A DNA stretch of 10,973 nt, from the NCBI GenBank assembly GCA_039803745.1, contig JBDRZD010000051.1, positions 1 to 10,973 on the forward strand. Direction: 5' to 3'. Source of the DNA: a candidate division WOR-3 bacterium. Lineage in GTDB: Bacteria > Hydrothermota > Hydrothermia > Hydrothermales > Hydrothermaceae. The notes below the pieces were generated by a model. That model saw nothing but the letters and a program-made list of their open reading frames with translations. It searched no databases and was not told the origin of the DNA. Below are positions 1-6,266 of the stretch, piece by piece (the stretch's first letter is position 1; every line of letters begins with the position of its first letter). The position numbers and the translations under genes are program-made.

Positions 1-6
1 AAGCAT

Positions 7-12
7 TATAAT
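7..12 (+). promoter_or_regulatory. Putative sigma70 -10 box (TATAAT) 6 nt upstream of the first ATG; candidate leaderless promoter
   Basis: Perfect TATAAT at 7-12, then TTTAAA, then ATG at 19, with no Shine-Dalgarno between. The -35 would lie outside the window. The AT-rich background raises the chance of a spurious match. Confidence 0.5.
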
Positions 13-18
13 TTTAAA

Positions 19-480
19 ATGGAAATCATTGAGGGTGTTAAAATTAAAAATTTAAGGGTTATACCTGATGAAAGGGGAAGACTTTTTGAAATTTTAAGGA
101 AGGATGATGAAATTTTTAATGAATTTGGTCAAATTTATATAACAACTGCTTATCCAGGGGTTATTAAGGCATGGCATATGCATGAAAATCAGAATGATAA
201 TATTGCATGCATTTATGGAATGATAAAACTTGTTTTGTATGATGAAAGGGAAGAAAGTAAAACAAAGGGAATTATAAATGAATTTTTTATAGGAGAACAT
301 AATCTTTTATTAATACATATTCCAAAAAGGGTATGGCATGGATTTAAAAATATATGTGAAAAAGAGGTTCTTGTGATAAATATTCCTGATAAGGTTTATA
401 ATTATAAAAATCCTGATGAGAAAAGAAGACCATTTGATACAGATTTAATTCCCTATAACTGGGAAAGGAGAAATTATTGA
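19..480 (+). CDS. rmlC: dTDP-4-dehydrorhamnose 3,5-epimerase family cupin (short SpsL/RmlC-like subfamily)
   Basis: 153 aa with RmlC-family motifs: DERG, YPGVIKAWHMH, G-x5-YD-x-REESKT-x-G, IPxxVWHGF and a C-terminal PYNW. It lies directly upstream of rmlB. Confidence 0.85.
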   Translation: MEIIEGVKIKNLRVIPDERGRLFEILRKDDEIFNEFGQIYITTAYPGVIKAWHMHENQNDNIACIYGMIKLVLYDEREESKTKGIINEFFIGEHNLLLIHIPKRVWHGFKNICEKEVLVINIPDKVYNYKNPDEKRRPFDTDLIPYNWERRNY

Positions 481-1688
481 TGGAAAGAATATGTGTATTA
501 GGTGGCGCAGGGTTTTTAGGAAGTAATTTTATTGACTTTTTAATTAATGAAAATTATAGGATAATCTGCGTTGATAATCTTTCCTATTCAGGATTTTTGT
601 TTAATTTAAAACCTTATATTGATAAAAGCAGAATAATTGCTTTAAAAGAAGGAAAGGATTTTTTTGAAGTTCAGTTTAATATTTATAATTCGGATTCGGG
701 ATTTTACAGGAATGTTTTTTTAAATAAAATATTTTATGAGAAATTCAACGAAAAAATTAAGGGTTATAATTTAAATGTTTTTGAAAGAGAAGATGATTTT
801 AAAAAGGAGATTGAAAATTTTTTAAAAAATGAGGAAAAATTCATATTTATTTTAGGTTCTATAACAGATGAAAAAATCCTTGATATAATTTTTGAATATT
901 CTGATTATGTTTTAAATTTTGCTGCTGAAACCCATGTTGATAAATCAATAATTTCACAGGAAGAATTTATTTTCACAGATATAATTGGAACATATAAGAT
1001 TTTAAAAACTTTAAAAAAATATAAGAATGTTAAAAAATTCATACAGATTTCAACTGACGAAGTATACGGTTCTTCAATTGAAGGAAGTTTTAAAGAAAAT
1101 GATGTTTTGAATCCAACAAGTCCTTATTCAGCAAGCAAGGCATCAGCAGATTTACTTTGTTTATCTTTTTATAAAACTTTTAATTTACCGGTTATAATTG
1201 TAAGACCTTCAAACAATTATGGACCGAAACAGTATCCTGAAAAATTTATACCCCTTTCAATAATAAAGATTTTAAGGAATGAAAAAGTGCCAATTTATGG
1301 AAACGGAAGACAGAAAAGGGAATGGATTCATGTAAATGATACTGCCTATGGAATATACACTGTTTTAAAAAAGGGGGAAATTGGAGAAATTTATAATATT
1401 GGTAGCGGATTTGAAATAGAGAATATTGAACTTGTTAAAGTCATCGGGAAACTTATGGGAAAAAATGAAAATTTTTATGAATTTGTAAAAGATAGACCTT
1501 CACACGACGCAAGATATTTTCTTGATTCAAGTAAAATAAGAAAACTTGGGTGGGAACCAAAAATAAACTTTTATGATGGAATTAAAAGAACAATTGAATT
1601 TTATAAAGAAAATAAAGAATTTTATTTTAAAATTTTGGAATCAGAAGAATTTAAATCCTTTTATAATTTATGGTATCAAAAAAGGTAA
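480..1688 (+). CDS. rmlB: dTDP-glucose 4,6-dehydratase (extended SDR) with a ~70-aa internal insertion
   Basis: Motifs: GGAGFLG (NAD binding), DNLSYSG, NFAAETHVDKS, ISTDEVYG (catalytic T-D-E), PYSASK (YxxxK), RPSNNYGPKQYPEKFIP, YGNGRQKREW, DRPSHDARY. The ATG at 480 overlaps the rmlC stop (TGATG), with AGGAG at 466-470. The ORF-track start at 477 is a TTG alternative. Confidence 0.93.
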   Translation: MERICVLGGAGFLGSNFIDFLINENYRIICVDNLSYSGFLFNLKPYIDKSRIIALKEGKDFFEVQFNIYNSDSGFYRNVFLNKIFYEKFNEKIKGYNLNVFEREDDFKKEIENFLKNEEKFIFILGSITDEKILDIIFEYSDYVLNFAAETHVDKSIISQEEFIFTDIIGTYKILKTLKKYKNVKKFIQISTDEVYGSSIEGSFKENDVLNPTSPYSASKASADLLCLSFYKTFNLPVIIVRPSNNYGPKQYPEKFIPLSIIKILRNEKVPIYGNGRQKREWIHVNDTAYGIYTVLKKGEIGEIYNIGSGFEIENIELVKVIGKLMGKNENFYEFVKDRPSHDARYFLDSSKIRKLGWEPKINFYDGIKRTIEFYKENKEFYFKILESEEFKSFYNLWYQKR

Positions 1689-2617
1689 GGGAAATCTTTT
1701 TTCTTATTTTTAGAATAATTTTCTCTTTTTTAATTTTATTTTTTATATTTAAAAGGCTTGATTTAAATTATTTTTTTGAAGGTCTCAAAGAAATAAATTA
1801 TTTTTATTTTTTCATTTCCTTTATATTTTACTGGATAACATTATTTTTTTTATCTTTAAGATGGAAAATACTTTTAAATCCTTTTTTAACAAAGAAAATT
1901 TCAATTTTTGAAATATTTAAAGTTTATATGCTTGGAATGCTTATAAACATAATAACACCTGCAACTGCGGGAGTTGATATTTCAAGGGGATTCATATTGT
2001 CAAAATATACTGAAAGTAAGGCAAAGGGTTTTGCAAGTGTTTTAGTTGATAGAATAACAGGAATGATTGGAATATTTATAATTGCTTCCTTTTTCTTAAT
2101 TTTTTCTTTTAAAGAAAATAAAAAAATTTTTTTTATAATCTTAATATTTTTGATATTATCAATTGTCTCACTCATCTTTTTCTATATTCCCTTTATCAAA
2201 AGATTTCTTGAAAGATTTATGAAAAATAAAATTCTTGAAAAGATTTCAAAATTTTATAATGCAATGTATTTGTATAAAAATGAAACTGACCTTGTTTTTT
2301 ATTCCCTTTTACTTGCTATACCTGTTCAGATTTTCTTTTCCTTTACAGCCTTTTTTATTTCAAAATCATTAAATTTAGAAGGAAATATTTTTTTATTCTT
2401 ATCTTTTGTTCCTATAATAAATGCTTTAAATGTAATACCATTTGCAATAAGTGGTTTTGGTATAAGAGAAGCAGGTTTTTTAATTTTTTTTAAGAAATAT
2501 TTTCCCTATGAAAGGATAATTTTAGTTTCAATTTTTTACTGGTTTGTTTGTGCATTTGGGAACATTCCTGCTTTATACTATTTATTTAAAAATCCTTTAA
2601 AAAAGGAGGAGATATGA
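1670..2617 (+). CDS. UPF0104 / lysylphosphatidylglycerol synthase TM-domain (flippase-like) membrane protein
   Basis: 315 aa with about 8 hydrophobic segments. Family-typical motifs: LRWKILL, NIITPATAGVD-x2-R, SVLVDR-x2-G, PFAISGFGIREAG. Confidence 0.85.
   Translation: MVSKKVREIFFLIFRIIFSFLILFFIFKRLDLNYFFEGLKEINYFYFFISFIFYWITLFFLSLRWKILLNPFLTKKISIFEIFKVYMLGMLINIITPATAGVDISRGFILSKYTESKAKGFASVLVDRITGMIGIFIIASFFLIFSFKENKKIFFIILIFLILSIVSLIFFYIPFIKRFLERFMKNKILEKISKFYNAMYLYKNETDLVFYSLLLAIPVQIFFSFTAFFISKSLNLEGNIFLFLSFVPIINALNVIPFAISGFGIREAGFLIFFKKYFPYERIILVSIFYWFVCAFGNIPALYYLFKNPLKKEEI
2604..2609 (+). promoter_or_regulatory. Shine-Dalgarno site for the AsmA-like gene
   Basis: AGGAGG at 2604-2609, just upstream of the ATG at 2614, which overlaps the upstream TGA (ATGA). 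Confidence 0.7.
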
Positions 2618-4728
2618 AAAAAGTCTTGATAATTTTAGGTGTTTTTCTATTCTTGATTTTTATCCTTTTGTTAATTCTTTATTTTTTAATAAAATCTTTT
2701 TTAAGTGAAGAAAGGATAAGGAAATTTTCTGAGGAAACTATAAAGAAGGCAACAGGATATGAAGCAAAAATTGAAAGGGTTTATCCTGAAATATCCTTTA
2801 AGGGAATTGGAATAAATTTAAGAAATTTAAAACTTTATGAAGATAAAAGGGAAATTATTTCTTCAAAGGAGGTTTTTTTCAAACTCAAATTTTTAGGAGT
2901 TATATTTAAAAGAATAGAAATAGAAAAAGTTTTAATAGTTGAGCCTGAACTTGAATATAAGATTAAAAAGGTAAAAACTAAAGAAATAAAGGAAAAGGAA
3001 GTTAAAGAAGAAATTCCTGAAATCCCATTTGTTTTTTTACTTGAAAATCTTGAAATTAAAAATGGGAAATTTAATGTATATGATGGTGAAAAAATAGAGA
3101 TATCAAATTTTAACCTTTTTTTAAGGGGGAATTTAAGGAAAAATATTTTGGAAATAAAGGGTAAGAACAGTTTTGAATTTAAATTGAAAAACTTAATTTT
3201 GCCAATTTCTGATAGGTTTGAATTCAATATGGATTTGAAGAATGATTCACTTTTTTTAAAGGAATTAATAGTTTATTTTTTGAATAATGAAGCAAAGATA
3301 AATGGTGCTTTAAAGGGTATTATAACTCAAAAAACTTCTTATAACATCTATATTTCTTCAAAGGAATTCAACATTCAAAATTTTTCTAAATTTTTAAAAG
3401 ATTTAAATTTGAAAGGTTTTCTTGAAATTGATTTAAATTTGAAAGGGGAAGAAATTCCACTTATCTATGGAAAGATAAAGAGTAAAGATATTGAAATAAA
3501 TGTGCAGAATGAAAAAGCGAGTTTAAAAAATCTTGAATTGGATTTTAAAGGAGAAAGGTTTTCTTTTTCAGCAAATGGAATATATAATGGAATTGAATCA
3601 AGATTTAATGGCTATTTAAAATTTTTAAAAGAAATAAGTTTTGAAATTGAAACTTTTATTAAAGGGAATTTAAAGAAATTAACAAATATTGATAAAAATT
3701 TTGAAATAAAAGGAAATATCTCAGGAAATGAAAAGAAAGGTAAATTGAAAGCAAACTTTTTAAGCGGGAAAAATAATTTAAATGCAGAAATTGAATTAAG
3801 TTTTGATAAAAAAATAAATTTAACCGGAAATGTTTCTTCCTATTATTTTAATTTGAATGAAATCATGCCAAAGGAAGAGAAAAAAGAAGAAAAGAAAAAA
3901 GAAGAAATACCTTTTCTTTTACCACCAAATTTAAAAATTGACCTTGATGTATTTATAAAAGAATTCATTCAGGAAAATAATCTGCTTAAAAATGTTAAAT
4001 TTAAATTAAGAGGTGAGGAGAATATTATAAAAATTGAAAATTTTAAGGGTGAAGCCTTTAATGGAAAAATTGAAGGGAATTTTACTTTAAAAAAGGGGAG
4101 CCTTTTTCTTTTTATGGATATAAATGCAAGTGACATCAATTTAAAATATCTTTTACCAAATTTAAAATTTATCCCATTTAAAATAAATGGAACTTTAAAC
4201 ATAAACTCTAAAACATTTATGGATATTGAAAATATTCTTGAAACCCTTGATTCCGAAAATTTAAGTTTTATAATTAATGGATATTTTGAGGGTAACAATA
4301 TTTTAAAGAAAATATCCGAGGTTCTGAAGATTAAAGAACTTGAAAAACTTGAATTTGAGAGGATTGATTTCAAAATGACTATAAAAAAGGGATTCATAGA
4401 TTTCCCTGATTTTAAAATAAAGGGCAAAGATTTTGAAGTTTTCCCAAAGGGAAAAATTTCTTTAAAGGGTGAAATTGATATGAATGCAAAATTTATTTTC
4501 AAGGGGAATTATATTGAAAGAATAAGGGCAAATAAAATATTTCCCTTTATACCTGCAAATATTAAAGAATTGCCCCTCAATTTAAAAATAGATGGAAAAT
4601 ATGATAATCCAGAGATAAAGATTTATCCACCAGAAACCTTTAAGGAAGTAGAAAAAGAAACAAAAAAGGAAGTGAAGAAAAAAATTGAAAAGGAAATTGA
4701 AAAATTAAAAAAGAAAATAAGAAGGTAA
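2614..4728 (+). CDS. AsmA-family (bridge-like, beta-rich) periplasmic protein with an N-terminal inner-membrane anchor
   Basis: 704 aa. MKK followed by a single TM helix, then an AsmA-like N-terminus (IKKATGYEAKIE...IEIEKVLIVEPEL...LENLEIKNG). A long run of amphipathic beta-strands follows, ending in an AsmA_2-like C-terminus (LEFERIDFKMTIKKG...GKISLKGEIDM...LPLNLKIDGKYDNPEI) and a charged tail helix. Confidence 0.8.
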   Translation: MKKVLIILGVFLFLIFILLLILYFLIKSFLSEERIRKFSEETIKKATGYEAKIERVYPEISFKGIGINLRNLKLYEDKREIISSKEVFFKLKFLGVIFKRIEIEKVLIVEPELEYKIKKVKTKEIKEKEVKEEIPEIPFVFLLENLEIKNGKFNVYDGEKIEISNFNLFLRGNLRKNILEIKGKNSFEFKLKNLILPISDRFEFNMDLKNDSLFLKELIVYFLNNEAKINGALKGIITQKTSYNIYISSKEFNIQNFSKFLKDLNLKGFLEIDLNLKGEEIPLIYGKIKSKDIEINVQNEKASLKNLELDFKGERFSFSANGIYNGIESRFNGYLKFLKEISFEIETFIKGNLKKLTNIDKNFEIKGNISGNEKKGKLKANFLSGKNNLNAEIELSFDKKINLTGNVSSYYFNLNEIMPKEEKKEEKKKEEIPFLLPPNLKIDLDVFIKEFIQENNLLKNVKFKLRGEENIIKIENFKGEAFNGKIEGNFTLKKGSLFLFMDINASDINLKYLLPNLKFIPFKINGTLNINSKTFMDIENILETLDSENLSFIINGYFEGNNILKKISEVLKIKELEKLEFERIDFKMTIKKGFIDFPDFKIKGKDFEVFPKGKISLKGEIDMNAKFIFKGNYIERIRANKIFPFIPANIKELPLNLKIDGKYDNPEIKIYPPETFKEVEKETKKEVKKKIEKEIEKLKKKIRR

Positions 4729-5469
4729 ATGGAAAAATTTTATGTATTTGCTGATTTTCATTTAGGAATAGACGAAAAAAAAGATGACGAAGTAATAAAT
4801 GAATTTTTTAAAATAATAAAGAGTTTACCTTATAAAACAAATGTTGTTCTTCTCGGTGATATATTTGATTTCTGGTTTGAGTATAAGGAAGTGATTTTAA
4901 AAAGGTATTTTAAATTTTTATCAGGAATATGGGAGGAAAAGGATAGAATAAATTTTTATTTTGCCCCTGGGAATCATGACTTCTGGGTAAGAGATTTTCT
5001 TGAATTTTTTGGAATGAAAATAACAAAAGGTTTTTTTAAATTTAAGATTGGAGATAAAAATATTTTGATGGCTCATGGAGATGGATATTTTCCAAAAGAT
5101 GTATTTGGGAATCTTTTAACAAAATTTTTAAGGAATAGAATTACAACAAATTTATTTTATTTAATTCATCCTGATATTGGATTTTATATAGCAAAAGGAC
5201 TTTCAAGGATTTCAAGACATAACTCTTCAAAAAAGAAAGTTCCTGATGAAATTCCACCAAAAGTTTTGAAGCATTTTGATGAAGGATTTGATGTTGTAAT
5301 TTTAGGGCATTTTCACCTTCCCTTATTTATGGAAAAGGATGGGAAATATTATTTAAATACAGGTGATTTTCCAACTTATAAAAGTTTTATAAAAATAGAT
5401 GAAAGGGAAATTGAACTTATAAAAGGTGATGAAATTTTATTTAAAATAAAAATAGGAGGTGATTTATGA
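4729..5469 (+). CDS. lpxH: UDP-2,3-diacylglucosamine diphosphatase (LpxH-type calcineurin-like metallophosphoesterase)
   Basis: All five metallophosphoesterase motifs are present: ADFHLG, LLGDIFDFWFEY, GNHD, AHGD, GHFH. It also has the cap-region sequence LIHPDIG...SRISR and YLNTGD. Confidence 0.85.
   Translation: MEKFYVFADFHLGIDEKKDDEVINEFFKIIKSLPYKTNVVLLGDIFDFWFEYKEVILKRYFKFLSGIWEEKDRINFYFAPGNHDFWVRDFLEFFGMKITKGFFKFKIGDKNILMAHGDGYFPKDVFGNLLTKFLRNRITTNLFYLIHPDIGFYIAKGLSRISRHNSSKKKVPDEIPPKVLKHFDEGFDVVILGHFHLPLFMEKDGKYYLNTGDFPTYKSFIKIDEREIELIKGDEILFKIKIGGDL
5453..5463 (+). promoter_or_regulatory. Extended Shine-Dalgarno site for sppA
   Basis: TAGGAGGTGAT closely complements the canonical 16S 3' end. 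The ATG at 5466 overlaps the lpxH TGA (ATGA). Confidence 0.75.
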
Positions 5470-6266
5470 GAAAATTTCTTTTAATATTAATAGTTCTTTA
5501 TTCATGCACCCAAATCAAAGGAAATATAGGACTAATAGAGATAAAGGGGATTATAATTGATCATGAGGATAAATTAAAGGAAATAGAATATTTTATAAAA
5601 AATCCGTTTATAAAGGCGCTTGTTCTTTATATAAACTCACCTGGAGGGAGTGCATCAAGTTCCTATGAGATTTTCTCTGCATTAAAAAGATTTAAAGAAA
5701 AAACAAATAAAAAAATATATGCTTACATTCAAACAATTGGAGCATCCGGTGGTTATTATGTCGCATGTGCAGGTGATAAGATATTTTCTGATCCAAATGC
5801 GTTAACGGGTTCAATAGGAGCAAGAATATCAATAATATATTACTATGACCTTCTTAAAAAGATTGGAATTTATGAGAAAACAATAAAAAGTGGAAAATAT
5901 AAGGATATAGGTTCGCCTTTCAGGGAAATGACAAAAGAAGAGGAGAAAATTCTTGAAAATTTTGTTATGGATGTTTATGAGGAATTTTTAAAAACTGTAA
6001 CTCGTGAAAGAAAAATACCTGTTGAAAGATTGAAAGAATTTGCAGACGGAAGCATATTTTCGGGTAAAAGAGCAAAAGAAATTGGTCTTGTAGATGATGT
6101 TTTGAGTTTTGAGGAATTTAAAGAAGTTTTAAAAAGGGATTTTTCATTAAAGGAAATAAAATTTATAAGAGCACCTGTAAGAAAAAAGGGTATATGGAAA
6201 AAATTATTTGAAATTAGAAGCAAACTCTTTTATCCTGAAATAAAGATTGAATATAGATTTCCTTAA
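5466..6266 (+). CDS. sppA: Signal peptide peptidase SppA, 36K type (peptidase S49)
   Basis: 266 aa with LYINSPGGS, GASGGYYVAC (catalytic Ser), TGSIG, KSGKYKD (catalytic Lys) and ADGSIFSG-x2-A-x3-GLVD. Confidence 0.93.
   Translation: MRKFLLILIVLYSCTQIKGNIGLIEIKGIIIDHEDKLKEIEYFIKNPFIKALVLYINSPGGSASSSYEIFSALKRFKEKTNKKIYAYIQTIGASGGYYVACAGDKIFSDPNALTGSIGARISIIYYYDLLKKIGIYEKTIKSGKYKDIGSPFREMTKEEEKILENFVMDVYEEFLKTVTRERKIPVERLKEFADGSIFSGKRAKEIGLVDDVLSFEEFKEVLKRDFSLKEIKFIRAPVRKKGIWKKLFEIRSKLFYPEIKIEYRFP

Noticed and set aside
620..835. RmlB insertion as an intein or intron
   Set aside because: There is no His-Asn followed by Cys/Ser/Thr at the C-terminal junction and no recognisable intein blocks. 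It is too short for a mini-intein, the frame is open and there is no obvious RNA structure.
1690..2600. Many poly-T/poly-A tracts and very low GC in the flippase-like gene as phase variation or horizontal transfer
   Set aside because: They are explained by Phe/Ile/Leu/Lys codons of a membrane protein in an AT-rich genome. The tracts are short and the frame is intact.
3871..3906. Purine-only GAA/AAA low-complexity run as a tandem repeat or contingency locus
   Set aside because: It is imperfect and in frame, and simply encodes the KEEKKEEKKKEE loop.
2614..4728. Calling the AsmA-like protein TamB
   Set aside because: At 704 aa it is much shorter than typical TamB, and it ends in a charged helix rather than DUF490 terminal beta-strands.
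94..6223. Minus-strand ORFs at 94-300, 1924-2175, 2835-3227, 3969-4502 and 5975-6223
   Set aside because: All lie fully antisense to well-supported genes and have no recognisable motifs. Most have S/F/L/I-rich composition that mirrors the K/E codons on the coding strand.
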